Below, piece by piece: positions 1-10,116 of a stretch of DNA of 64,000 bases; positions within the stretch are counted from its first letter, which is position 1; each line of letters starts with the position of its first letter. Made by a program: the position numbers and the translations under genes. A model generated the notes under the pieces. The model ran no database searches and was not told the DNA's origin. It worked only from the letters and a program-made list of their open reading frames with translations. This DNA is from Thainema sp. (lineage in GTDB: Bacteria; Cyanobacteriota; Cyanobacteriia; Phormidesmidales; Phormidesmidaceae). The DNA lies in the NCBI GenBank assembly GCA_052168235.1, contig JBQLZK010000020.1, positions 33,333 to 97,332 of the forward strand, read 5' to 3'.

Positions 1-7
1 TCAGGGC

Positions 8-1399
8 TTGGCCCTACCTGTCGATTCACCTCCAGCAGCGGTAGAGCTAGAACCAGCGGCAACAGTCACCTCCGACCGAGCCGAGACCGCGTCAAGCGTT
101 GATCTGCCTGCTGAGCCAAGCGCCTCCAGCCAAGTTGAGAACGTTGAGAACGCCGATGCAGCGGCTCCGATGGAAATTGCTGTGCCGGAACCACCTCCGT
201 CTTCTGTGGCAACTGAAGCTGTGGCAGCAGAGGATGAGGCCGAAGAAAATATTGCTGATATTCCAACACCGACTTTAGATGCGTCCGACACTGATACTCC
301 GACGACCGATGCGCCATCGACAACTGCGCGAGTGACGGTGCCGGATTTACCCGTTTTAGAGGCAGAGGAAACTGCATCTGAAAATGTACCTGTAGCGCCA
401 GTACCGCAACCGCCCGTACAGACATCGGAGAGATCCGAGCCACCCGAGAGATCGAGTGCGATCGCACAGCAACCGACTAGTCTACCCGATGCTAGTGACC
501 TACCTTCTGTGACTTTCCCAACACCTAACCTACCAAGTGGGAATGGCCAGGTGCGAGTGCCTGCGCCTGCTGCGCCACGAGTTCGACCGACACCTGCTCC
601 AGCCGCTAGTCTCGATACCACCGAGGCAACAGGTAGCGCTGCCGATCTGGTGTTGCCACCGACAGGTATTTCGACGCAGCGACCAAGTGGATTTTCTCCT
701 CAATCCATCACGCAATCGCCTGTAGCAGGTACAGAAGTGGTTCGCGTTCCGGCTCCCCCTCCGTTGCCAACGGCAACTCCTCCGCCAGCAGCATCGAGTT
801 CTGCAAATTCGACGACTGCACAGGTTAATAATGGCTCTGTCACCTTTGGGCAGTCGCTACCTAACGAATCCTCAGGACAAACTGTTTCGACCATTGACGC
901 GAATATCTGGCTTCCGGCTGATACCGTTTTGAAGCTGCAGTATCCCCGTGAACAAGAATTGACCCTCGATCCGCAGTTGAACTGGCAAGAGGTTTTGGTG
1001 TTGAGTCACGATGTCGTGCATCCGCAGACGGGGCAGGTGATCTTGCCGACGGGAACGCAGGTGGTGGGACGGTTTGAAACAGGTCGGCAGGGGAGCCGCT
1101 TTATTGCCCAGGCTGTATCGGTCGGCAACCGCAATGTGAAATTGGCGGCGGAATCGGCATCGATTGATGGCGATCGCGATATTTCTGATCAAGATCTGCT
1201 GCTTAATTCCGGTATTGGTGCGGCGGCAGCTACCGTGATCGGTGGCTTGTCCGGGATTGGACTACTAGCGGGTATCGCTGCTGGAGCCGCGACAACCTAC
1301 GTGACGGCTCCGCAGCCAGCGGTGATTCAGCCGTATCAGATGATTGAAGTGCGCGTTCTGGAAGACGTGACGCATTCAGAAATTGCTCAAATTCAGTAA
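8..1399 (+). CDS. Hypothetical protein with Pro/Ala/Ser/Thr-rich N-terminal region and conserved-looking C-terminal domain with Gly/Ala-rich hydrophobic segment; probably starts upstream of window
   Basis: Long ORF; low-complexity N-terminal half; C-terminal beta-rich region followed by GIGAAAATVIGGLSGIGLLAGIAAGAA glycine-zipper-like stretch. Confidence 0.6.
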   Translation: MALPVDSPPAAVELEPAATVTSDRAETASSVDLPAEPSASSQVENVENADAAAPMEIAVPEPPPSSVATEAVAAEDEAEENIADIPTPTLDASDTDTPTTDAPSTTARVTVPDLPVLEAEETASENVPVAPVPQPPVQTSERSEPPERSSAIAQQPTSLPDASDLPSVTFPTPNLPSGNGQVRVPAPAAPRVRPTPAPAASLDTTEATGSAADLVLPPTGISTQRPSGFSPQSITQSPVAGTEVVRVPAPPPLPTATPPPAASSSANSTTAQVNNGSVTFGQSLPNESSGQTVSTIDANIWLPADTVLKLQYPREQELTLDPQLNWQEVLVLSHDVVHPQTGQVILPTGTQVVGRFETGRQGSRFIAQAVSVGNRNVKLAAESASIDGDRDISDQDLLLNSGIGAAAATVIGGLSGIGLLAGIAAGAATTYVTAPQPAVIQPYQMIEVRVLEDVTHSEIAQIQ

Positions 1400-1424
1400 C
1401 GTTGATTCGTCGAATACTACAGAA

Positions 1425-1444
1425 CAAGGGGTTTAAGCCCCTTG
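1425..1444. repeat. Short palindromic repeat / possible terminator hairpin (CAAGGGGTTTAAGCCCCTTG)
   Basis: Inverted repeat just downstream of the stop codon. Confidence 0.5.
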
Positions 1445-1482
1445 CCTCGTGAACACAATTTGTATTCTCACTTTGATCACGT

Positions 1483-2991
1483 ATGGTTCTTGATCAAACT
1501 CGTGCGCCGTTGGTGACTGCTCTGCACAGTAGCGCCAACTGGCTCCATGCGCCGTTTTACACGCCTGGACATAAGCAGGGACGCGGCGCAGCCGATGTCT
1601 TAGTTGAATTACTCGGCCCAACTGCAATACAGGCAGACATTCCTGAAATTCCGGGACTCGATAATTTCTTTGCGCCCAAAAGCGTCATTGCAGAGGCTTT
1701 GGATCTAGCAGCAGAGGCATTTGGAGCCGAGCGCACTTGGTTTCTGATCAACGGCTCCACCTGTGGCGTGGAAGCAGCGATTCTGGCGACCTGTCAGCCA
1801 GGAGACAAGATTATCGTGCCGCGCAATGCTCATCGTTCGGTGATTTCGGGGCTGATCCTCTCCGGCGCGATCCCGGTGTTTGTTCCACCCGATTACGATA
1901 CCGACTTGGAACTGGCGCATGGATTGACAGTGGCGGGCGTGGCTCAAGCCTTGCAGAATCATGCTGATGCCAAAGCGGTGTTAATCGTGTCACCCACCTA
2001 TTACGGCGTGTGCAGCGACGTAGCTGCGATCGCAACTCTGACCCATGACCACAACATGCCACTGATTGTCGATGAAGCCCACGGGCCGCACTTTTCCTTT
2101 CATCCAGATTTACCCATGCCTGCTCTGGCATTAGGTGCTGATCTGGTCATCCAGTCCACGCATAAAGTGCTGTCATCCTTAACACAATCCGCCATGCTGC
2201 ACGTGCAGGGCGACCGAATTGACCGCGATCGCATATCTCAAGCATGGGCGCTGGTGCAGTCCACCAGTCCCAGCTACTTACTGCTTGCCTCTCTAGACGC
2301 GGCGCGGCAGCAAATGGCAACGGTGGGACGAGATTTGCTGGAGCGCACATTGGATCTATCGCGACAGGCACGCCAGCGGTTGCAGGAGATTCCAGGCATC
2401 AGCGTGATTAGTCCGGCCCAAATCCAATCTTGGACAGAACCCTATGCGCTAGATTTGACGCGGATTACCGTCGATTTACGCCAGCTCGGCGTTACGGGCT
2501 TTGCTGCCGACGAATTTTTCTGCGATCGCGCTCAAGTGGTGGCCGAACTGCCTGGTTTCCACCACATGACGTTCATCGTCAGCATCGGCAACACCGCAGC
2601 CGACATTGACCGCCTCGTCGCAGGTTTTGAACAGCTCAGCCAAGCGGTTCAGCGCGGAGAAATCGAAGCAGACGCAGGTGCGATCGCATCTCCTGATCCC
2701 TTGACTCAACCTGTCTCGACTGTACCCGTGTCACCCCGGCAAGCCTTCTTTTCACCCACTGTTCAGTTATCACCATCGGACGCCATCGGCCAGATCAGCG
2801 CCGAAACCATCTGTCCCTATCCGCCCGGTATCCCCACCCTACTACCCGGTGAACAAATCAGCGCCGCTGCGATCGCACAGCTCCAGCAAGTGCTAGCCGC
2901 TGGCGGCATCATTACGGGCTGCTCTGATCCAACCCTGCAAACTCTTAAAGTTGTGAAAAATCCAATCCAAAATCTAAAATCCAAAATCTAA
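1483..2991 (+). CDS. PLP-dependent Orn/Lys/Arg decarboxylase family protein
   Basis: TPGHKQG, NGST, DEAHG, QSTHK (PLP lysine), STSPSY and C-terminal CPYPPGIP motifs. Confidence 0.9.
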   Translation: MVLDQTRAPLVTALHSSANWLHAPFYTPGHKQGRGAADVLVELLGPTAIQADIPEIPGLDNFFAPKSVIAEALDLAAEAFGAERTWFLINGSTCGVEAAILATCQPGDKIIVPRNAHRSVISGLILSGAIPVFVPPDYDTDLELAHGLTVAGVAQALQNHADAKAVLIVSPTYYGVCSDVAAIATLTHDHNMPLIVDEAHGPHFSFHPDLPMPALALGADLVIQSTHKVLSSLTQSAMLHVQGDRIDRDRISQAWALVQSTSPSYLLLASLDAARQQMATVGRDLLERTLDLSRQARQRLQEIPGISVISPAQIQSWTEPYALDLTRITVDLRQLGVTGFAADEFFCDRAQVVAELPGFHHMTFIVSIGNTAADIDRLVAGFEQLSQAVQRGEIEADAGAIASPDPLTQPVSTVPVSPRQAFFSPTVQLSPSDAIGQISAETICPYPPGIPTLLPGEQISAAAIAQLQQVLAAGGIITGCSDPTLQTLKVVKNPIQNLKSKI

Positions 2992-2997
2992 AATCCA
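2957..2997 (+). repeat. Short tandem heptamer repeats (AAAATCC/AAAATCT), STRR type, overlapping the decarboxylase 3' end
   Basis: aaaatccaatccaaaatctaaaatccaaaatctaaaatcca; encodes the last residues NPIQNLKSKI. Confidence 0.7.
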
Positions 2998-3033
2998 TGT
3001 GCGACAATAGCTGCGATCGCATCTGGATACATC

Positions 3034-3636
3034 ATGCCTTCTGATTTGTGGCCATACGTGACCCCCGGCATCCCGGATCATCTGTTTGAGCAGTTGCCCG
3101 GCATTCCCATGAGTAAGCGCGAAACTCGCCTGCTGCTGCTGGCCCATTTGCAGCTCCGCGCCCACTCCATCCTGTGGGATATTGGCGCAGGCACCGGCAC
3201 CGTCGCTGTCGAAGCCGCACTGCTCTGTCCGCAGGGTACAGTGATTGCGATTGAGCGGGATGAAGATGTGGCCAATCTGATTCGCACCAACTGCGATCGC
3301 TTTGGCGTCAATAACATCACTGTCGTGGAGGGCAGCGCCCCAGAGTGCTTGAACGACCTACCCAAACGACCGGACTGCATTTTTGTGGAAGGTGGCCGTT
3401 CGCTGAGTGAGATCCTCAAAGCCGCCTGGCACCATTTAGAACCGGGCGGTCGAATCGTCGTTACGGCAGGCAATCTCGAAAATCTCTACGTAGCCTCCGA
3501 AAGTTTTGCCGATCTGCAAGTGCGCAATATTGACGTGGTGCAGTCTGCCACCAATCGGCTCGAAAATCGCGGCGTCAGTCAGGTCTTTGTAGCCGTTGAT
3601 CCCGTTTTTGTCTTGAGTGGCACCAAGGTTGAATAG
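3034..3636 (+). CDS. cbiT: Precorrin-6B C15-methyltransferase (decarboxylating) CbiT
   Basis: PGIPD...PMSKRETR N-terminus; WDIGAGTG SAM-binding motif. Confidence 0.9.
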   Translation: MPSDLWPYVTPGIPDHLFEQLPGIPMSKRETRLLLLAHLQLRAHSILWDIGAGTGTVAVEAALLCPQGTVIAIERDEDVANLIRTNCDRFGVNNITVVEGSAPECLNDLPKRPDCIFVEGGRSLSEILKAAWHHLEPGGRIVVTAGNLENLYVASESFADLQVRNIDVVQSATNRLENRGVSQVFVAVDPVFVLSGTKVE

Positions 3637-3712
3637 CCTCAATTTCTATCATTGGAGTCTATCAAGCAAACAGCCGAGACGGCTATTCTACAGGGGATTT
3701 TGATTTGAGCCT

Positions 3713-4384
3713 ATGACGACTGAGCCGTTTGACATCGACATTGCCTTCAACCATCTGCGTGTGTTTATGCAGGACTATCCCAAAGCGGCCATGTTTCAAC
3801 TGGCGGATGAGGGTTACAATTCCCCCTTTGAGCAGCTCATCTCCTGCATCATTTCGATTCGTACCTATGATGAAACCAGTCTGCCCGTCTCGCGCCGACT
3901 ATTTGCCCAAGCCAAAACGCCCCAAGCGATCAGTCAGCTCAGCGTAGCCGAAATTGAAGGGCTGATTAAAGAAAGTACCTACTCAGAGCGCAAGGCCGAA
4001 CAGATTCATGCGATCGCAACTACGCTAGTCAACGACTACAGCGGCGAACTGCCTTGTGATCTCAACGTAATGATTGGCTTTAAAGGCGTTGGCCCCAAAT
4101 GTGCCCACTTAGCCTTGGGAATTGCCTGCCAGCAGCCCTACATCAGCGTCGATGTGCATGTGCATCGCGTCGTCAATCGCTGGGGCTATGTGACCACTAA
4201 AACGCCAGAAAAAACGACTCAAGCTCTGGAAGCCCGATTGCCCAAAGACTACTGGATTGAAACCAACCAGCTCCTGATGCCCTTTGGCAAGTACATCTGC
4301 AAACAGCGGCCCAAGTGCTCCATTTGCCCGGTGGAATCGATGTGTCCCAAAATCGGCGTGACTGATCAACAAACATCCCCGTAG
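3713..4384 (+). CDS. nth: Endonuclease III family HhH-GPD DNA glycosylase
   Basis: PFEQLISCIISIRT, KGVGPKCA HhH motif, VDVHVHR, C-terminal 4-Cys Fe-S motif. Confidence 0.85.
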   Translation: MTTEPFDIDIAFNHLRVFMQDYPKAAMFQLADEGYNSPFEQLISCIISIRTYDETSLPVSRRLFAQAKTPQAISQLSVAEIEGLIKESTYSERKAEQIHAIATTLVNDYSGELPCDLNVMIGFKGVGPKCAHLALGIACQQPYISVDVHVHRVVNRWGYVTTKTPEKTTQALEARLPKDYWIETNQLLMPFGKYICKQRPKCSICPVESMCPKIGVTDQQTSP

Positions 4385-4481
4385 GGGCGAATGGCCATTC
4401 GCCCTCTACACATGTTGAACGCGGAAAGAATTGGTTGATTAACCATGCATTGCGATCAGGGCGAATGCCATTTGTCCCTAC
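4381..4481. repeat. Inverted pair of GTAG-type REP sequences (REPIN-like) between convergent genes
   Basis: GTAGGGGCGAATGGCCATTCGCCC ... AGGGCGAATGCCATTTGTCCCTAC; the GTAG supplies the nth TAG stop. Confidence 0.75.
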
Positions 4482-4506
4482 GATTGTGTGTGGTCAATCG
4501 CCCAAA

Positions 4507-7500
4507 TTAAGCCGCATTGGAGGATTGTCCCAGTTCAGTCAGGAACTGGAGCGCTTTGGCGACGCTGCTGGCCACGCGATAGGGTGAGCTTTCATAGAAG
4601 CTGTTCCAGGCAGTGGCCTTGTCTTCGTCGTAGCGGTCGCCTCGCTCAGGATACTGCTCTAACCACGACAGGCGGACGGCATGACCAATCAGTACGTCGA
4701 GGGTGATATATTCCTCGATTTGTAAATCCGGGTTGCGATCGCAAATCTCTGCCAGTTCTAGCAGCGTCTCAATATTGAGCTGGCGGTATTCTGGTGCGGG
4801 AATTTTATTCAGTAAATGCTCAATCCGCAGCGCCAGATTCTTTTCGCCAGGAGTCATTTCGGAGCGAATCAGGTCGCTATCCAGCCGATTACGGCGCTCC
4901 AGCTTATCGCCAATCACCACGCCCCGACAGTGCTTCAGCACTCGCCAAATCCGGGCATAGAAGTCAGTGGGAACGCGAGTAATGGCACCGTCCAGATGGC
5001 GCTGCTGCCGCCAGCCGCCTTCGGGGGAAAGCTGGTCGTCTTGCGGTAAGACCACCCATTCCACCTGCTGTTTCTGCTTCAGGTGCAGCGATTCGCGCTG
5101 GAAGAAGGACTGGTTTAAGCCTGCGTAACCCGTCAGCACCTGCTTCAGCCGCAGCTTGAGCTGGAAGGGACTGAGCTGCATCAACTGCTCATAGGTTTCA
5201 TCGGAGGACAGGTTTAGCTCCCGCGCCAGATCCGTCACCAGGAGCAGGATCAGGTAATTGATCCGCAGCGTCAGCAGTCCTTCAAACAGCTGCGGCTCGG
5301 ATTTGATCAGGATGCTGAGGTAGATCAGTAGCTCCTGGGTCAAAACGCGATCGCGCATGTCTTCGCCGCAAAACTCACGGATTTTGTCCATGATTTCGTA
5401 GTGGGACATCGGTTCAGTAATCAGCGAGTCCTCACTGTAGGCTTTGCCGACGGCGATTTGCTTTTGGCGCACCAGAATGTCCGTGACGGCATCGGACAGA
5501 CCAATATCGACTTTGTCGAGCAGACCAGCGGCGCGACGGACAATCGCCCAGAGTTCCAGCGCTCCGGCCCGTTCATAGACTTCGTTGAGCAATGTCGCCA
5601 CCGTGATCGGCTGTCCATCCTGATGAAACGGCGTCTTGAAGTCCCGCCCCTTCAGGTGATGCAGCGTACTCAGCAGCTCAATCTGCTCATAGAGATTGCG
5701 CGACTGGCGTAGCTGCTCCAGCACAGTGTCAACACTGGTTTCAAACTCCAAGCGAAATTCCTGGGTGTAGCTCAGCGGCCAGTTATGGTTTAAGTCGAAC
5801 AGGAGGATGTTGCGATCGCAAGGATCAACGATCTCCTGCATCGGTTTTGTGAGGAACTGTAAATCATGCACATTATCAATCCGCTCAACACCCGCCGTCG
5901 GCACAAGCTGCTGCAGTGTGCCTAAACGGACAGGTACAGCACCACAGCGACCATCCTGCATTTCTTTAATCAACTGCAAGAGCGGCGACTGCTCAATCGA
6001 CGCGCCGGGAATTTGACCAATTTCAAACATCGTATGGGTGAGCCGCAGTGTCACCGTTGGGCGGCCCTTCTGATCCCAGTGGGTGTGAATATAGGCAATC
6101 TCGCTCTGGATTTGCGACACCAGGAAGTGATAGTCCAGCGTTAAATAGAACTGCTGCTGATCCACAAACGAGGGCAGGAATGCCATAATCGTGCCGCCAA
6201 CGCGGAACACTTTGGCCGTCGTCAAGCTGCGCAGCCGCCGCACGGGTCGTCCCGTTAGCCCCAATTTTTCATTGCGGCCAATCTGCTGATAAACCGCCGA
6301 CAGCTCTCCAGACTGACGCACCTGCATCGGCTCAATCTGGGCAGGGGTTTGGGTATCGATGCCATAGGTCGCTAATTCAGCCTGTAAGTCCCCATCTTCG
6401 GCAATTAGCGCCACCTGCACCAGCGCCCGCCGCAGGGGACGTAGCCGCAGGTGCCGTCCCAGTGGGTCAACTTCACCCAGCGTCAGCAGTCCTTCCCGCA
6501 GCATTTCACCCAGGTAGTACAAACTCTGTGCCCAAACCAGCGGCACGTTGTCGTTCGGCAGTCGCGTTTGGCTCTGGGGTGCTTGTCGTTCCGCTTCAAG
6601 CTTGTCGGCAGGCACGTAGTAAACCTCTGGCAGCAGTTCCATGCCGTCTTGAGAGACAAGTAGCGATCGCAGTTTTTGATGATAGTCATCGGTCATCGCC
6701 TGATCCTGCCGAAACAGGCCGTCCAGCATCAGATAGGTGAAAAACAGCGGCCACTCGCACTCAATATGCTCGAACTGCTTCAGTTCCCACGGCTCGTAGT
6801 GCAGACGGCTGGTGTCTTCAATCATGGTTTGGTGGCCGTCCCGCAGGAAGCGCTTGCAGCCGTAGCGGCCTTGCAGCTTATCGACAATCTTGTCACGAGT
6901 TTTTTGCACAACATCGGGATTTTCCACTGCAAAGGCCGGGAAGCCAATCACGCTCAGCACTGCCGCGTCTACTTCCTTGGAACCCGATTCGCGCGGCAGC
7001 AGCGATTCCAGCGTAATGCGGGCGCGGGCAATTTCGTCGGGCAGAACGTGAATCACCGACGATTGACCGCCTTTCACGCCAAACAGGTTGAAGCCGTTCA
7101 TCGCTTCCAGTGCCGCTTTGGCCATGCCGACGGAACTGACGTTTAGCTCTGGCTTACCATGATTGATCTTGTTGCCCCGCTCCCAAATGCCGTAATCCGG
7201 GGTGCGATAGGCGCGACCAATGTAGTAGACCAGGTTTTGAATAAAGTTCACCTCGTCGGTGGTGTAGATAATTTGCAGCCCAGAGGCAATCATCTGAGCC
7301 AGCATCAGTAGAAAGATGGAGGTGGCATCAATTTGCAGGTGGCCCCACTCATCGTCGCGCACAACCGCCTGTCCGGTATGAGTGTCATACTTGGCGTGCA
7401 GCGCATCCATCAGATCCTGGGTTTCTTTAAAGCGCTCCACTTTATCCGACTGCCGCATCATGCAGAGCAGCAGTCCCCGCATCAGCTTGACGACGCTTTG

Positions 7501-7794
7501 CTCTAGCTCATAGCCGCGTCCCTGCTGGTCTTCGTCTACCTTGCGATAGGCCAGTGCTAGTCCCCAAACCGCTAAGATGCTGTAGACGTTGTCTCTCACC
7601 CAGGCATCTCGATAGTCGCCATGCTCATTGACGGCTGTACTGGCGGGCAGCAGCCCGGTGACTGGATTTTGTCGTGCCAAAATGACGGTGTGAATCTGCT
7701 GATAGTAAAAGTCGAGGCGAGTCTTCAGCGTGGACAGTTCAGACAGTTCAATTTGGGTAGACATCTCGGACGAGAGAGAAAAAAGTTGCGTCAT
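4507..7794 (-). CDS. Glycoside hydrolase family 15 / phosphorylase kinase alpha-beta-like protein
   Basis: GLLPASTA, DAWVRDNVYSI, WGHLQIDATS, PDYGIWERG, GCKRFLRDG, ECEWPLF motifs. Confidence 0.85.
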   Translation of the reverse strand: MTQLFSLSSEMSTQIELSELSTLKTRLDFYYQQIHTVILARQNPVTGLLPASTAVNEHGDYRDAWVRDNVYSILAVWGLALAYRKVDEDQQGRGYELEQSVVKLMRGLLLCMMRQSDKVERFKETQDLMDALHAKYDTHTGQAVVRDDEWGHLQIDATSIFLLMLAQMIASGLQIIYTTDEVNFIQNLVYYIGRAYRTPDYGIWERGNKINHGKPELNVSSVGMAKAALEAMNGFNLFGVKGGQSSVIHVLPDEIARARITLESLLPRESGSKEVDAAVLSVIGFPAFAVENPDVVQKTRDKIVDKLQGRYGCKRFLRDGHQTMIEDTSRLHYEPWELKQFEHIECEWPLFFTYLMLDGLFRQDQAMTDDYHQKLRSLLVSQDGMELLPEVYYVPADKLEAERQAPQSQTRLPNDNVPLVWAQSLYYLGEMLREGLLTLGEVDPLGRHLRLRPLRRALVQVALIAEDGDLQAELATYGIDTQTPAQIEPMQVRQSGELSAVYQQIGRNEKLGLTGRPVRRLRSLTTAKVFRVGGTIMAFLPSFVDQQQFYLTLDYHFLVSQIQSEIAYIHTHWDQKGRPTVTLRLTHTMFEIGQIPGASIEQSPLLQLIKEMQDGRCGAVPVRLGTLQQLVPTAGVERIDNVHDLQFLTKPMQEIVDPCDRNILLFDLNHNWPLSYTQEFRLEFETSVDTVLEQLRQSRNLYEQIELLSTLHHLKGRDFKTPFHQDGQPITVATLLNEVYERAGALELWAIVRRAAGLLDKVDIGLSDAVTDILVRQKQIAVGKAYSEDSLITEPMSHYEIMDKIREFCGEDMRDRVLTQELLIYLSILIKSEPQLFEGLLTLRINYLILLLVTDLARELNLSSDETYEQLMQLSPFQLKLRLKQVLTGYAGLNQSFFQRESLHLKQKQQVEWVVLPQDDQLSPEGGWRQQRHLDGAITRVPTDFYARIWRVLKHCRGVVIGDKLERRNRLDSDLIRSEMTPGEKNLALRIEHLLNKIPAPEYRQLNIETLLELAEICDRNPDLQIEEYITLDVLIGHAVRLSWLEQYPERGDRYDEDKATAWNSFYESSPYRVASSVAKALQFLTELGQSSNAA

Positions 7795-8040
7795 GGGAAT
7801 CGCGTGTCTCTACATTCAACGCAAGAGCATCGTAACAATCGTCAACAATTGGCAAGCCGCTGCTTGCCAGTGTAACGATTCAGGTCTGGGTAAATTGCAC
7901 CCAAACCATCATAACTGTTCATGATTTCTTAACTTTTGCTTTAGGCATCAAAACAGTTTTGGGTGAAATACGGACTGTGCCTGCATTTCACCCAAAACTA
8001 TTATCCAGTAACCGTATACGTATGTTGACCCCATACCTGT

Positions 8041-8071
8041 GTTGGGTTTCGCGTTGCTTAACCCAACCTAC
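8041..8071 (-). repeat. GTAG-type REP hairpin (GTAGGTTGGGTTAAGCAACGCGAAACCCAAC)
   Basis: GTAG tetranucleotide followed by an imperfect palindrome on the minus strand. Confidence 0.7.
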
Positions 8072-8075
8072 GTGG

Positions 8076-8209
8076 CGGGGTCGTTTTATTGTCACCAGAA
8101 AAATATTTCAAAGCCGCAATTTTACGTGTCTGGTAGGGGCGAATGGCCATTCGCCCCTACGTAACGTCAACGGTTTCAGATATTTTTTGATAAACATGAA
8201 ACAACCCTG
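8076..8209. mobile_element. 134-bp MITE with imperfect terminal inverted repeats, central REP palindrome and 10-bp target-site duplication
   Basis: TIRs CGGGGTCGTTTTAT / ATGAAACAACCCTG; flanking direct repeat ACCTACGTGG at 8066-8075 and 8210-8219; partial second copy at 50555-50654. Confidence 0.8.
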
Positions 8210-8223
8210 ACCTACGTGGTCAC

Positions 8224-9681
8224 TTACAGCTTGGGTTTCCGCTTGTGCCAGTCGGTGGTTTGCTCGTAGGCGTGGGCCACCTCAAACAGCAAGCCTTCCC
8301 GCAGCACGTTGCCGATGAGCTGGAGACCAATGGGTTTACCCTGGTCGTCAAAGCCGCAGGGGATGCTGATCCCCGGCAGTCCAGCCAAGTTGACTGGAAT
8401 CGTCATCAAGTCTGACAGGTACATGCTGAGCGGATCATCCGTTTTTTCACCCGCTTTGAACGCAGTGGTCGGAGAGGTGGGGCAAACTAGGACATCGACT
8501 TTAGCGAAAGCTTTCTCAAAATCCTCTTTAATTAATGTCCGCACCTTCTGCGCTTTCAGGTAGTAAGCATCGTAGTAGCCCGCTGACAAGGCATAGGTGC
8601 CAATCATGATTCGGCGCTTGACTTCAGAACCAAATCCAGCCGCGCGGGTTTGCTGATACATGTCGAGCAGATTTTCCGGATTTTCGGCCCGATAGCCATA
8701 CTTGACACCGTCATAGCGAGCCAGGTTTGACGACGCTTCTGAGGGCGCAATGATGTAGTACGTAGGTAATCCGTAGCGGAATTTAGGACAGGAAATCACC
8801 TCGATTTCAGCGCCCAGTTCTTGTAAATGGGCCACTGCTTTTTCGACTGTCGCTTCCACGACGGGATCTAAGCCTTCGCCAAAGGTTTCCTTAATCACGC
8901 CGATGCGGATTTGGCCGCGCCGCCGCAGGTCGGGGGCCAGTGCTTTGGCGTAGTCAGGAATGTCAACTTTCAGGCTGGTGGAATCTTTGGGGTCATACCC
9001 TGCAATTTCCCGCAGCAAAATGGCGGCATCTTCCACCGTGCGGGCAAAGGGGCCAATCTGATCCAGCGACGAGGCGTAGGCAACCAGTCCGTAACGAGAG
9101 ACAAGGCCATAGGTCGGCTTCATGCCCACCACGCCGCAGAGAGCAGCCGGCTGACGAATGGAGCCACCCGTGTCTGATCCCAGCGCAACGACGCACTCCT
9201 CAGCGGCTACAGCGGCAGCGGAACCACCGGAGGAACCACCGGGGACGCATTCGAGATCCCAGGGGTTTGCCGTCACCTGGTAGGCCGAGTTTTCCGTCGA
9301 GCTGCCCATCGCGAACTCGTCCATATTGGTTTTGCCAATCATCACCGCGCCCGCATCCTTCAGTTTCTGCGTGACGGTGGACTCGTAGGGCGGCACGAAG
9401 TTTTGCAGCACTTTGGAGCCGCAGGTGGTGCGTACCCCTTTAGTACACATGTTGTCCTTAATGCCGATGGGAATCCCAGCCAGCGGGGAGATGTCTTCAC
9501 CTGCGGCAATTTTTTCGTCTACCCGACGGGCCTGTTCCAGGGCCTGATCGGCGGTGATGCTCAAAAAGCTCTTGACGTTGGGTTCTAGCGCTTGCGCATG
9601 CTCAAGGGCCGCCTCAGTGATTTCAACAGCGGAACGTTCTTTCGTAATGAGCTGATGGTGCAACTCGCGGATGAATCCCAT
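8224..9681 (-). CDS. gatA: Asp/Glu-tRNA amidotransferase subunit A
   Basis: [47 protein letters not shown] amidase signature. Confidence 0.97.
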   Translation of the reverse strand: MGFIRELHHQLITKERSAVEITEAALEHAQALEPNVKSFLSITADQALEQARRVDEKIAAGEDISPLAGIPIGIKDNMCTKGVRTTCGSKVLQNFVPPYESTVTQKLKDAGAVMIGKTNMDEFAMGSSTENSAYQVTANPWDLECVPGGSSGGSAAAVAAEECVVALGSDTGGSIRQPAALCGVVGMKPTYGLVSRYGLVAYASSLDQIGPFARTVEDAAILLREIAGYDPKDSTSLKVDIPDYAKALAPDLRRRGQIRIGVIKETFGEGLDPVVEATVEKAVAHLQELGAEIEVISCPKFRYGLPTYYIIAPSEASSNLARYDGVKYGYRAENPENLLDMYQQTRAAGFGSEVKRRIMIGTYALSAGYYDAYYLKAQKVRTLIKEDFEKAFAKVDVLVCPTSPTTAFKAGEKTDDPLSMYLSDLMTIPVNLAGLPGISIPCGFDDQGKPIGLQLIGNVLREGLLFEVAHAYEQTTDWHKRKPKL

Positions 9682-10116
9682 GAAAACCTCTTGCCTGATG
9701 TCGATGTGCGATCGCGTTTACAAATCTCCAGTATACGGGGCGAATTCCCGATCAAAATCATCAAATCTGGTCAAAAATTTTGCAAAATTTTCTTAAGAAA
9801 TAGCTTTATAGTAGTCCTCAATGTTAATGATTGGCAGCATCTTTAGTCCGTGTTGCTGATTTAACTGACTGAGCTGATCGATACGATCAGGGTAAGAATG
9901 CCTCATGATCCGAGATCCAGTGATACAATCTCCAGACCCGTTTTGGAATTTGGGGTCGTTCCCAGCAGTCGTGCTTCTTGTTGTTGTCGTGCTTCTTGTT
10001 GATCTAACCTGAAGCTCACACCGCAAAAAATCACGATTTGAGGGCCACGAACGGAACTTTGATGCAGGATATGAGGAATTCGAGTTGACTGTTTCCTTTT
10101 GGTGTGAGGCTCGTGC

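Noticed and set aside
1..621. 206-aa minus-strand ORF and the many other ORFs nested in or antisense to assigned genes
   Set aside because: Shadow ORFs with no motifs; the opposite frame carries the better-supported protein
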